NCBI GenBank assembly: GCA_937892845.1
Contig: CALBGP010000031.1
Location: forward strand, 9,357 to 73,356
Source of the DNA: an uncultured Eggerthellaceae bacterium
GTDB taxonomy: Bacteria; Actinomycetota; Coriobacteriia; Coriobacteriales; Eggerthellaceae
DNA length: 64,000 nt
Reading direction: 5' to 3'
Shown: in pieces, positions 37,219 through 46,857 of the stretch
How the letters are laid out: every line of letters starts with the position of its first letter
Numbering within the stretch: the first letter of the stretch is position 1
Program-made: the position numbers and the translations under genes
The notes under the pieces: generated by a model
Seen by the model: only the letters and a program-made list of their open reading frames with translations
Told to the model about the DNA's origin: nothing
Databases searched by the model: none

Positions 37219-38940
37219 TTACATGCGCTGGGGAGCGGAGATGCCCAGGATGTTCAGCGTCAGAGCCATGACGGTGCGGACAGCGTCGCACAGTGCGAGG
37301 CGGGCCAGCTTGAGCTGCTCATCCTCGAGTTTGAGGACGGGGCACTCGGTGTAGAAGTGATGGAACAGGCCGGCCAGGTCCTGAGCGTAGTGGGTCAGGC
37401 GGTACGGAGCGCGGTCGCGGGCGGCAAGCGCAATCAGATCGCCGAACTCGCTCATCTTGCGCATGAGGGCAATCTCGGTGGGATCGGTCAGCAGGGACAG
37501 ATCAACGTCGGCCGGGATGACCTCGTCGGCGATGGCATCCATATCCAGGTTGTCTTCGCCCGAATGACCGGAGAAGTCACGCAGCATCTTGCAGATGCGG
37601 GCATGGGCGTACTGGTCGTAGTACACGGGATTGGAGTTGTCCTGCTTCTTGGCAACCTCGATGTCGAAGTCGATGGGCTGCTCAGTGGAACGGTCCAGCA
37701 TCAGGTAACGGGTTGCGTCAACGCCGACCTCGTCGATGAGTTCCTCGAAGGTGATCATCTCGCCGGTACGCTTGGACATACGAACGGGCTCGCCGTCGCG
37801 GAACAGGTTGACCAGCTGGCCCAACATGACCTCGAGGGCTCCAGGATAGCCCATGGCAGCCAGAACGGCGGCGACGCGGGCGATGTAGCCATGGTGGTCA
37901 GCGCCCCAGATGTTGATCAGATGATCGAAGCCGCGCAGCTTCTTCCAGTAGTGGTAGGCCACGTCGGAAGCGAAGTAGGTGTAATCCCCGTCGGCCTTCT
38001 GCACGACGCGGTCCTTCTCGTCGCCGTACTTGGAGGAACGGAACCACACGGCACCGTCGGCATCGTAGATGTCGCCCTGCTCGCGCAGGTTGCCCAGGCA
38101 GAAGTCGAACGGGCTCTTGCCGTCGAATTCGTCAGAGGGGATGTACATCTCGCGCTCGGACTGCCAACGCTCGAAATGGTTGCCGAAGCGCTCGCAGGTG
38201 CCCTTGATGCTCTTCATCATGTAGGCATAGCCGTACTCGCGGAATTCGACCATGCGCTCGTGCTCGTCCGCGTCGACCCACTTATCGCCGTCGCGCTCGA
38301 TGAGCTCCTTGGCGATGTCGTTGACGTACAGGCCGTTGTAACCGCCTTCGGGCACCTCAGCCTCATGGCCGAGCTGCTGCAGGTAACGGGCTGCGACGGA
38401 CTCGCCGAACTTGTCCATCTGGACACCGTGGTCGTTGATGTAGAACTCCTCGAACACGTCGTAGCCGGCATGGCGCATGAGCGCTGCGGTGGCAGAGCCC
38501 AAAGCGGCCCAGCGGCCGTGGCCCACATGCATGGGGCCGGTGGGGTTGGAGGAGATGTATTCGATGTTGATCTTGCGCATGCCCTCGGGGATGGTGCCCT
38601 TGCCGTAGTCAGCACGCTCGGAGCGGACCTTGGCAATGACATCCTGCATGGCAGCGTTCTTCAGGTAGAAGTTGATGAAGCCGGGGCCTGCGATCTCAAC
38701 CTTCTCGATGATGCCGCCTTCGGGCAGGGCGTCAACGATGATCTGGGCAATCTCACGCGGGTTCATGCGGGCTTCCTTGGCGCATCGCATTGCAACCGTG
38801 CACGCCCAGTCGCCGTGGCCCTCATCTCGGGGTCGCTCCAGGGTGACAGCGGGGGCCTGAGCCACCGCAAGCTTGCCGGATTCAATAGCGGAATCCAGCG
38901 CTGTGCTGATGATCTGAGTCAATTCCTCACGTGGTTGCAT
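37219..38940 (-). CDS. argS: Arginine--tRNA ligase
   Basis: 573 aa, SSNPTGPMHVGHGR (HIGH) and a C-terminal anticodon-binding DALR-type domain. Start at MQPREEL (38940). Confidence 0.95.
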   Translation of the reverse strand: MQPREELTQIISTALDSAIESGKLAVAQAPAVTLERPRDEGHGDWACTVAMRCAKEARMNPREIAQIIVDALPEGGIIEKVEIAGPGFINFYLKNAAMQDVIAKVRSERADYGKGTIPEGMRKINIEYISSNPTGPMHVGHGRWAALGSATAALMRHAGYDVFEEFYINDHGVQMDKFGESVAARYLQQLGHEAEVPEGGYNGLYVNDIAKELIERDGDKWVDADEHERMVEFREYGYAYMMKSIKGTCERFGNHFERWQSEREMYIPSDEFDGKSPFDFCLGNLREQGDIYDADGAVWFRSSKYGDEKDRVVQKADGDYTYFASDVAYHYWKKLRGFDHLINIWGADHHGYIARVAAVLAAMGYPGALEVMLGQLVNLFRDGEPVRMSKRTGEMITFEELIDEVGVDATRYLMLDRSTEQPIDFDIEVAKKQDNSNPVYYDQYAHARICKMLRDFSGHSGEDNLDMDAIADEVIPADVDLSLLTDPTEIALMRKMSEFGDLIALAARDRAPYRLTHYAQDLAGLFHHFYTECPVLKLEDEQLKLARLALCDAVRTVMALTLNILGISAPQRM

Positions 38941-39256
38941 GGGATCCTTCCTTACGTCCTGCGCCTCTAGGGCATCCGGCTTCGCCGAACACCCTGCTTT
39001 ACACAATTAGTCCAGAGATTGTACCACGGTTGACAACGGCAAACAGAAATAATGGCTGTCCGACACAGCAAAACCAGCCGAAACCAACGAATACCCCCAT
39101 TCGCGGTATGCGAATTACCACGTCGTGGGGATGCCGCCGCAACACCTCCTTCCTATTCTCATGCCATCGCATCGCTCAACGCAAAGATCGGCTCAAAGAC
39201 CAAGCGGAGCCACCGAGAATGAATGCGAGAGGAAACGACAATCATAGGAGGGTCAC

Positions 39257-41149
39257 ATGAAAGACATGCACGCGGAACAGGGATTCACCCGCCGCAACTT
39301 CCTCAAGGGCGCAGGCGTCGCCGGAGCGGCCGCATTGGCCGGAGGACTCATCGCTGGCTGCAGCCCCAGCACCAATGAGGATTCCGCAAAAGCGGACGAA
39401 CCGAAAGCCGAGTCCACGAACGGCTACGCAGCAGGCACCGATTGGCTTGGCGAAAAGCCTGAAATCAGCGACGACGAGATTGTCGAAACCGTCGAATGCG
39501 ACGTTGTGGTCTGCGGTGGCGGCCACGCGGGCATCCAGGCCGCACTCGCTGCAGCCGAAGGCGGTGCATCCGTTGCCGTCATCGAGCAATCTCCCGAAGA
39601 AACCCGCAAGGTCAAAGGCGAAGACATCGGACACGTCAATTCGCAGTTCCTCATCGAGCGAGGCTTCGGCCCCTACAACGTCGGTGAAATTGTCCAGGAA
39701 TTCGTCTTGCGCGGCGGCGGACGTGTGAATACCGAGGTCATCCGCAAGTTCGTGGCAAATTCCGGCGAAATGTTCGACCATGCTGCATCTCTTGTCAAAT
39801 GGCCCGATGACCGCATCAAGCTTGTCTCTGATGCAGACCCCTCAATCAGCCCGCTCGACGACAGCATGATCTGCATCCATCAGCCGGGCTTGGCGCTTGA
39901 CGGAGACGTGGAATACCCGCTGTACCGTGGCGGATTCAAGACCTGGCCGTGCGTCGTGCAGTTCATGGGCACCATCCAGCATCAGCCCGTCGACGGCGTT
40001 GCCGCTCTGTCTCGCCTCGATGAGTTCCAGCAGTTCTCCATCCTCTCAGGCAAGGATCTCGGCGTCACCTGGCACTGCGGCGAAACGGCAACCGTGCTCA
40101 CCCAGGATGAGAGCGGCGCAGTCACCGGCGTCATCTCCAAGGGCTCGGATGGCTACGTCAAGTATGTTGCGAAGAAGGGCGTAATCCTGTGCACGGGCGA
40201 CTTCGGCGCCAATACGGATATGACCTGGCAGCTGCTCACCGAATACCGCGAATACAACGAGCGCATGGGTAAAGACCAGACCTCCCTGCAGGGACAGTCC
40301 GACTGCAACGGCGAAGGCCACAAGATGGGCTGCTGGGCCGGCGGATTCATCGAGGCAGGTCCTCGCGGCGCGATGAGCTTCGGAGGCGGAGCATCCGGAC
40401 CGTGGGGCTCCAGCCCGTTCCTCTGGCTGAACTCCAAGGGTGAGCGATTCATGAACGAAGCTGCAATCGCCGACTCCATGGCAGTGGCAATCCGCCAGCC
40501 TTTGGGAGGATTCACCCTGGTCACCGATGCGAATTACACGGAAACCCTGAAGAACTCCTCCCTCGACCATGGCTGCGCCAACTTCGGCCGCGAGGATTAC
40601 TACACCGAGCTCGTCGAAGACATGGCAGCGGTTCCGGTCGATGATGCGAATGGCGGATCGGTCCGCATGTGCACGGTTGCTGAGCGCATGCCCTCCACGG
40701 TGTTCGCAGCAAGCAGCTTGGACAAACTCGCTGACATGCTCGGCTATGCGGGCGAAACCAAGGAAGCATTCCTTGCCAGCATCGAAAGGTACAACGAACT
40801 GTGCCATGCCGGCGAAGACAGCGACTTCGGCAAAGATGCAGTTCTCATGACCCCGATCGAGCAGCCGCCCTTCTATGGCTGCGGAAACAGCGCTCCGGGT
40901 GGCTTCGGTGGCAACAGCGGCACCATGGGCGTAAGCCTGGTCACGCTTACCGGCCTTGTCACCAACGGCGACCTCCAGGTCATCGACAAGGACTACAACG
41001 TCATCCCGAACCTGTACGCCGCCGGAAACACGCTCGGCGGACGCTACGGCCTGCAATACACCACTCCCTTCGCAGGCAACTCGATCGGCATGGCAATGAC
41101 GCACGGCCGCGTGGCAGGCAAGCTCATCACCGGACAAGAAGTCCTCTGA
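39257..41149 (+). CDS. Tat-exported, lipid-anchored FAD-dependent reductase (fumarate reductase/FAD_binding_2 flavoprotein family)
   Basis: Twin-arginine motif TRRNFLKGAG, lipobox LIAGC, dinucleotide fold DVVVCGGGHAGIQAAL, and the C-terminal NLYAAGN...GNSIG flavoprotein motif. AGGAGG precedes the ATG. Confidence 0.85.
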   Translation: MKDMHAEQGFTRRNFLKGAGVAGAAALAGGLIAGCSPSTNEDSAKADEPKAESTNGYAAGTDWLGEKPEISDDEIVETVECDVVVCGGGHAGIQAALAAAEGGASVAVIEQSPEETRKVKGEDIGHVNSQFLIERGFGPYNVGEIVQEFVLRGGGRVNTEVIRKFVANSGEMFDHAASLVKWPDDRIKLVSDADPSISPLDDSMICIHQPGLALDGDVEYPLYRGGFKTWPCVVQFMGTIQHQPVDGVAALSRLDEFQQFSILSGKDLGVTWHCGETATVLTQDESGAVTGVISKGSDGYVKYVAKKGVILCTGDFGANTDMTWQLLTEYREYNERMGKDQTSLQGQSDCNGEGHKMGCWAGGFIEAGPRGAMSFGGGASGPWGSSPFLWLNSKGERFMNEAAIADSMAVAIRQPLGGFTLVTDANYTETLKNSSLDHGCANFGREDYYTELVEDMAAVPVDDANGGSVRMCTVAERMPSTVFAASSLDKLADMLGYAGETKEAFLASIERYNELCHAGEDSDFGKDAVLMTPIEQPPFYGCGNSAPGGFGGNSGTMGVSLVTLTGLVTNGDLQVIDKDYNVIPNLYAAGNTLGGRYGLQYTTPFAGNSIGMAMTHGRVAGKLITGQEVL

Positions 41150-41158
41150 TCATATCAT

Positions 41159-41189
41159 GGGGATGAAGGCCCCCTCCCTCTTCATCCCC
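41159..41189. terminator. Hairpin GGGGATGAAG-11 nt-CTTCATCCCC between convergent genes
   Basis: Perfect 10-bp inverted repeat read directly. Confidence 0.5.
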
Positions 41190-41222
41190 GCCCCCCTCAC
41201 AAGCGACCAACACATGGTCCCG

Positions 41223-42779
41223 TCATTGGAACAAATCGAGAAGCTGGGTGCGAGAATGAACGCCCAGCTTCTCGTATATATGCTTGATATGGACCTTCAC
41301 CGTTTCGCGGGAAACGAACAGTTCATCGGCAATGTAAGTCGAGCTTCGACCGCGCGCCAGAAGATTAAGCACCTCGCACTCCCTGGGAGAAAGCCCGCAC
41401 GACAGACGAAGCTCCTCACACCGCCTGGCAATACCATCGCCAGCAGGCTCAGCCTCCATGCGGTCTTCCGCTTCAGAATCAATCCGAGCCCCATCGCTTA
41501 CTGCCCCTGCCCCATCTGGCAGCACACCTTCACGGAAACCGAACAGCCGAGAAAACGCCCCGACCGCAAGCGCGACAAGGTAACACACGAACAGCAGCAG
41601 CGAAACCATGATGGTGCCCTGCCCTGCAAGAAACGGGCCTGCAAGGGCGGCGACGGACAAGCTCACCGACAAGGCAACGACAGATCCGCCCACATGCATG
41701 GCGTCCCCGTCAACAAGAAGGATCCAAGCAAGATTTACCGAGAAGAACGCAAAGCCCGCACCCGTGATCAGGCCGAACAAGGGCCCTATGAACCCATCAG
41801 GAGAAACCGAAACAATACAGGGAATAGCGGGAAGAACAGCCATGATGGGGCAGAGGAAGAGAAGCATCCTTCCCAGACGGGCGGTATCCGTCGAGAAGAG
41901 AGACGATGCAGAAAGGCCCAACGACGTCAAAGCGAACCCGGCCATGATGCTCCGCGTGATAGACGACATATGGGTTGCGGTGTTCTCCTGCCCGGTACCC
42001 ATCCACATGAAGCCCAGAACAACCGAGCAGATGCAAGCTCCAGACAAAATCGGCCACAACGACCCGAACCCGGATACGCTTTGCAGCGAGGACAGGGCAT
42101 CGGAGCCGTCGCGCTGGAGGCAGTCGTCGTCTCCAGCGGACTTGAATCCTTTTCTGGCATGCAAAACGCATGCAACCGTGGAAACGAGCGGAGAGAACAG
42201 AAACAGCGCCGCCATGATTTCGCTGATGCCCAGGGAGAACACGAGAATCGACGCCAACGCGGCGAACGCAAACGCCAATGAGGTACATGTCAGAACAGAC
42301 AGCACCGATTCTCCGGAGAGCATGCGACTCCACAGCGCAACATTTGCAACGCACCCGAATGACAGCAGAAACGATCCCGCAGCAAAGCACAGCGCACCGG
42401 CACTGAGCGGATACGCCATGGCCACGACAAGAAACACCGCACCTGTCGCAAGAGGAATAAACGCAGCAAGCCACGGCCACGACGAAAGCCGGAAGCGATT
42501 GCGCGAGGCGATGGCGACGATGCCGACGGCCAAACAGCCGATCATCGCGCCTGCGAAGAGCGGGACTTCGCCTCCTTCCGCACCCAACCTGGAAAGAGTC
42601 CCTGAGACGAACATCCCGGCTGAAAGCAAAATCGCAACGCCATCGAACAGTCCCGCCGCCATGATTGCGGCATAGCCGATGATGCGCATCGCTGATACTT
42701 CCGATTCAGCCGCTGTGCGAGCGTCGGCCATCAATTCCGTCCCTCCATCCCGAATGCGGTTCCATTCCATAGCATTCAT
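41223..42779 (-). CDS. Membrane-embedded LuxR-family transcriptional regulator
   Basis: About 440 aa of multi-pass hydrophobic N-domain plus a C-terminal LuxR/GerE HTH (LSPRECEVLNLLARGRSSTYIADELFVSRETVKVHIKHIYEKLGV). Confidence 0.8.
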   Translation of the reverse strand: MNAMEWNRIRDGGTELMADARTAAESEVSAMRIIGYAAIMAAGLFDGVAILLSAGMFVSGTLSRLGAEGGEVPLFAGAMIGCLAVGIVAIASRNRFRLSSWPWLAAFIPLATGAVFLVVAMAYPLSAGALCFAAGSFLLSFGCVANVALWSRMLSGESVLSVLTCTSLAFAFAALASILVFSLGISEIMAALFLFSPLVSTVACVLHARKGFKSAGDDDCLQRDGSDALSSLQSVSGFGSLWPILSGACICSVVLGFMWMGTGQENTATHMSSITRSIMAGFALTSLGLSASSLFSTDTARLGRMLLFLCPIMAVLPAIPCIVSVSPDGFIGPLFGLITGAGFAFFSVNLAWILLVDGDAMHVGGSVVALSVSLSVAALAGPFLAGQGTIMVSLLLFVCYLVALAVGAFSRLFGFREGVLPDGAGAVSDGARIDSEAEDRMEAEPAGDGIARRCEELRLSCGLSPRECEVLNLLARGRSSTYIADELFVSRETVKVHIKHIYEKLGVHSRTQLLDLFQ

Positions 42780-43059
42780 TTCGCGAATCTTTGCATTTTC
42801 CCATATCGATTTTCTTTTGTCAGGCTCCCCTGAATAACGCCCGCAATTCCCGAAATCTTCCTACACCAACCGGACACATCGGACCATACGCAGTTTTGAC
42901 GCAGAATGTCTGGAGGATATGGGGAAGAAACCGCCTGGAGGACGGATATCGACCGGGTCAGCGTATCATGGCGTGCGTTTTTCACCCGCCAGCCGGACCC
43001 GCACGCCTGCAACGAACCCCTCCAGACTGCCCGCCCGACTCCAAAACAGAAAGCTCCGC

Positions 43060-43998
43060 ATGGCATTTTCCGCAGTCCTCTCCCAAATGCTGGTCCTCAC
43101 GTTCATCATCCTCATGGGATTCATAGCCCGCAAGCTCGACATCATGACCGACTCTTTCGACGGCACCCTCTCGCGGCTGGTGCTCGACATCACCCTGCCC
43201 TGCATGGTCCTAGGGTCGGTCCTTACGGCAACCGAAGCACCCAGCACGCAGGTCATAACCGACATCCTCACGTATTCATTCGCTGTATACGCCCTGATCA
43301 TAGCCTTGTCGCTCATCATCCCGCGCCTGCTTTTCAGCCCCAAGGACGAACGCGGCGCATACTCGTTCATGATCACGTTCAGCAACGTGGGCTTCATGGG
43401 ATTTCCCGTGCTCACCACCATATTCGGGCCCCACGCGGTGCTTTACGGCGCCATCTTCAACATCCCCTTCAACATCCTGATCTTCACCGTAGGCGTGCTC
43501 ATGGTGGCGCGCGAAGGAGGAAGTCTGAAAAAGCGCCTGCTCTCCAATATGAAAAAACTCATCTCCCCCACGGTTGTCGCATGTGTCATAGCCATGGTGC
43601 TTGCCCTGTGCGGCGTCCATGACATGGGAACCATCGGCAAGGCATTCGAATCCATGGGAGCGCTGACCACGCCTGCCGCCCTGCTCATCATCGGCTCCTC
43701 TTTGGCCAAATACTCGCCACGCGACATGCTGTCGAATTGGCGCTCGTACGCGATCGCTGCGATTCGCCTTCTGGCCGTGCCCGCCATCGTGCTCTTCGCG
43801 TTCCGCCCCTTCGTCAGCGATCCTTTGACCCTGGGGGTGATGGTGGTGCTGTGCGGCATGCCCGTGGCAACCAACGGTCTCATGCTGTGCTTGCGCTACA
43901 ACGGCAACCTGAAAGTCATGACGCAAGGCGTCTTCCTCTCCACTGTGGCAAGCATCATCACCATCCCCTGCCTCTCGCTGCTGCTGCAACTGGTGTAA
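43060..43998 (+). CDS. AEC (auxin efflux carrier)-family permease
   Basis: 312 aa, about 10 TM, starting MAFSAVLSQMLVLTFIILMGFIARK. Start trimmed to ATG 43060. Confidence 0.85.
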   Translation: MAFSAVLSQMLVLTFIILMGFIARKLDIMTDSFDGTLSRLVLDITLPCMVLGSVLTATEAPSTQVITDILTYSFAVYALIIALSLIIPRLLFSPKDERGAYSFMITFSNVGFMGFPVLTTIFGPHAVLYGAIFNIPFNILIFTVGVLMVAREGGSLKKRLLSNMKKLISPTVVACVIAMVLALCGVHDMGTIGKAFESMGALTTPAALLIIGSSLAKYSPRDMLSNWRSYAIAAIRLLAVPAIVLFAFRPFVSDPLTLGVMVVLCGMPVATNGLMLCLRYNGNLKVMTQGVFLSTVASIITIPCLSLLLQLV

Positions 43999-44110
43999 CG
44001 GCGCACAGGCCCTGAGAGTCTTCTTTCCTATCGGTCCGGCGGGCGTTATCATATGGGAGAATAATCCCCGCGCAGACCATGCGCATCCCCGCCTGACCGA
44101 AGGAGGCACC

Positions 44111-44992
44111 GTGCTTGACTTCGACGCGGCTTGGAAGGAACTCCAAGCCATCCGACGACGTCCCGATGACAGCCTGCAGTGGACCAAGCGTGCGCCGCGC
44201 TATGACAGCACCGACGCAAAGAACCTCTATGCCGAAGAGTTCCTGCAGCTTGCAGATGTCCGCGACGGCGAATCCGTCTTCGACATGGGCTGCGGAACCG
44301 GCGTGCTCTCCGTCCTGCTCGCCGAGCAGGGCCACCCCGTCACCGCCGCCGATTTCTCCGAAGGCATGCTGGCGAAGTTCTCCGAGAACATGGCCCATCG
44401 CGGCATTGCCGATGACGCAATCCGCCGCATCCTCATGAGCTGGGAGGACGATTGGTCGGCATTCGGACTTGAGCCCGATATGGTGGACGTGGCCTTCGCA
44501 TCGCGCTCCATCGCCGTGGCCGACCTGCGCACCGCACTTGCAAAGCTCACCGGCATCGCCCGACGTCGCGCCTGCATCACCATGACCACGGGCGTATCGC
44601 CGCGCGTGGATCCGGCCGTGCTTCGCGCCTGCGAAATCCCGATGGTGGCATCGCATGACTACCTGTATGCCTTCGGGCTTTTGGCCCAAGCCGGTTTCGA
44701 GCCCACCGTCAGCTATATCCACTCGCAGCGCAAAGACACGTTCCCATCCAGGGAATCGGCCCTTGAAGACTTCTTCGCCATGATAGATTCGGGCGCGCCC
44801 GGGCTTGAGGGTGAAGAGCTTGAAGCGGCGCGCGGACGCATGGCCGCCTGGCTGGATGCGCATCTCATAGACAATCCGGATGCCGGCAAGCCCGACAAGA
44901 AGGGCCTTCCCCAAGGCCGGCTCGCCCTTGACGTGAACCGCATCGTCTCATGGGCGTTCATAGCCTGGGACACGACGAAAGGAACATTCTGA
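44111..44992 (+). CDS. Class I SAM-dependent methyltransferase
   Basis: Motif I VFDMGCGTGVLSVLLAEQG. GTG start with AGGAGG upstream. Confidence 0.8.
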   Translation: MLDFDAAWKELQAIRRRPDDSLQWTKRAPRYDSTDAKNLYAEEFLQLADVRDGESVFDMGCGTGVLSVLLAEQGHPVTAADFSEGMLAKFSENMAHRGIADDAIRRILMSWEDDWSAFGLEPDMVDVAFASRSIAVADLRTALAKLTGIARRRACITMTTGVSPRVDPAVLRACEIPMVASHDYLYAFGLLAQAGFEPTVSYIHSQRKDTFPSRESALEDFFAMIDSGAPGLEGEELEAARGRMAAWLDAHLIDNPDAGKPDKKGLPQGRLALDVNRIVSWAFIAWDTTKGTF

Positions 44993-45549
44993 TGCTGAAA
45001 CGAACCTTCGAAGAGGACCTGAGACGCGCCGTCGCCTATCACGGGCATCTGTGCGCCGGCCAGATGAACGGAACCCGCATGGCCCGCTACGCGCTTGAAT
45101 ACTTCGGGATCGAAGACCCCGACACCTTCCGCGACCTGGTCGTTTTCGTGGAATGCGACCGCTGCCTGGCCGATGCGGTGGGAACCGTGACCGGATGCAC
45201 CATGGGGCGCCGCCGCCTGAAATGGATGGATTACGGCAAGATGGCCGCCACGTTTTTCAACATGCAGACCGGAGAGGCCATCCGTTTGATCAGCACCACC
45301 GAACGCTGCACCAAAGACGATGACATGTTCGAATGGTTCGGCTCGCGAACCGATGAGCAGCTGTTCACCCTGCAGCACGTGAAGGTTTCCGTAGACGAGC
45401 AGCAGCTGCCGGGCGGACCGCACAGCCATGCGTTCTGCGACCGATGCGGCGAAGAGGTCACCGGCGGCCGTGAAGTCAAACGAGACGGCGAAACGCTCTG
45501 CCGAAGCTGTGCAGACGGCGGCTATTACCGTATCATCGATGCCGACTAG
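44992..45549 (+). CDS. FmdE-family protein (formylmethanofuran dehydrogenase subunit E-like) with a C-terminal zinc ribbon
   Basis: YHGHLCAGQMNGTRMA...VECDRCLADAV...CDRCGEEV...CRSC. TGATG overlap with the methyltransferase gene. Confidence 0.8.
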   Translation: MLKRTFEEDLRRAVAYHGHLCAGQMNGTRMARYALEYFGIEDPDTFRDLVVFVECDRCLADAVGTVTGCTMGRRRLKWMDYGKMAATFFNMQTGEAIRLISTTERCTKDDDMFEWFGSRTDEQLFTLQHVKVSVDEQQLPGGPHSHAFCDRCGEEVTGGREVKRDGETLCRSCADGGYYRIIDAD

Positions 45550-45603
45550 AAACGCAGTCCGATTTCCACCTGAATTCGAACTGCAGGAGAAAGGTACCTG
45601 ACA

Positions 45604-46857
45604 ATGGAGATGATTTCCCTCGAAGAGGCCCGGGTGCTGGTCTGCGCGAACGTTTCCGCCATGGATGCGGAAACCGTCGACCTGCTCGACGCCGCAGGTC
45701 GCGTGAGCGCGTCCGACCTGCAAAGCGACATGGACGTGAGCCCTTTCGCTCATTCCGCAATGGACGGATTCGCCGTCTTCAGCGATGACCTGGCTGCCGC
45801 GACGCCCGATTCACCCGCCATACTCGACGTCATAGCCGAAGTGCCGGCAGGCTCGGTGTTCGAAGGCACGATGGGCCACGGGCAGTGCGTGCGCATCATG
45901 ACGGGAGCCCCCACGCCGAAAGAGGCAGACGCCGTAGTGAAATACGAAATCGTCGATACGGTGGACGGCGACGGGCGCACCGGCAGCCGCGTGGCGTTTT
46001 CAGCCCCCGCCAAACCGGGCGACAACATCCGCGCGGCAGGCGAAGAGGCGAAAGCGGGCGAAACCATCGTGCGCGCAGGCGAGGTCATAGGCACGGCCGG
46101 CATCGGGTTTCTTGCCGGCTGCGGCGTGCTGCATGTACCGGTGCATCGCAAGCCCCGCGTTGCCGTCATAGCCATCGGCAGCGAATTGGTTGCCCCACCC
46201 GCCATACCGGGACCCGGCCAGATCCGCAACTCCAACAGCTACGCGCTGGCTGCATGCGCCCGCAGTGCCGGATGCATCGCTGACGTGATGCCCATAGTGC
46301 TCGATGACGAGGACGCCCTGGCGGATGCCGTGCTCTCCGCCACCGCCGACTACGACTTCATCGTGACATCCGGCGGCGCCAGCAACGGGGACTTCGACTT
46401 CATCAAGCCTGTTGTCGAACGCCTGGGGACACTGCTCATGACCACCGTCAACATGCGCCCCGGCAAAGCCCAAACGTTCGGAATCGTCAACGGAACACCC
46501 GTCTTCGGCCTGCCCGGAAACCCTGCCGCAGCCTATGTGGGATTCGAGATGATCATCCGCCCCGCACTGCGCAAGATGCAGGGATTCAGCGCGCTTACGC
46601 GACCTGCGGTTCACGCCCGCTTGACCGCCGACCGCAAGAAAAAGGACCCGCGCCGCATGTTCATGCGCTCAACCCTTACCAAGGCTGCCGACGGAACGCT
46701 TGAAGTGACGCCCGCCAAGAATCAGAGTTCTGGCTTGTTCGGCGTCATCCAGAAGACGAACTGCATGGCGGTCTTCCCGGAAGATGTGAAATTCCTTGAA
46801 GCAGGCAGCATGGTCGAATGCATCCTGCTCGATGTTCCCGAGGAGGTTGTCCTGTAA
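45604..46857 (+). CDS. moeA: Molybdopterin molybdenumtransferase
   Basis: 417 aa, SPFAHSAMDGFAV...RIMTGAP...GGASNGDFDF...PGNPAAA MoeA pattern. Confidence 0.9.
   Translation: MEMISLEEARVLVCANVSAMDAETVDLLDAAGRVSASDLQSDMDVSPFAHSAMDGFAVFSDDLAAATPDSPAILDVIAEVPAGSVFEGTMGHGQCVRIMTGAPTPKEADAVVKYEIVDTVDGDGRTGSRVAFSAPAKPGDNIRAAGEEAKAGETIVRAGEVIGTAGIGFLAGCGVLHVPVHRKPRVAVIAIGSELVAPPAIPGPGQIRNSNSYALAACARSAGCIADVMPIVLDDEDALADAVLSATADYDFIVTSGGASNGDFDFIKPVVERLGTLLMTTVNMRPGKAQTFGIVNGTPVFGLPGNPAAAYVGFEMIIRPALRKMQGFSALTRPAVHARLTADRKKKDPRRMFMRSTLTKAADGTLEVTPAKNQSSGLFGVIQKTNCMAVFPEDVKFLEAGSMVECILLDVPEEVVL

Noticed and set aside
38941-39256. T-box leader upstream of argS, and similarly upstream of metG at 2099-2247.
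   Set aside because: On the relevant strand I found no T-box sequence (AGGGTGGNACCGCG-like) and no specifier or antiterminator architecture.
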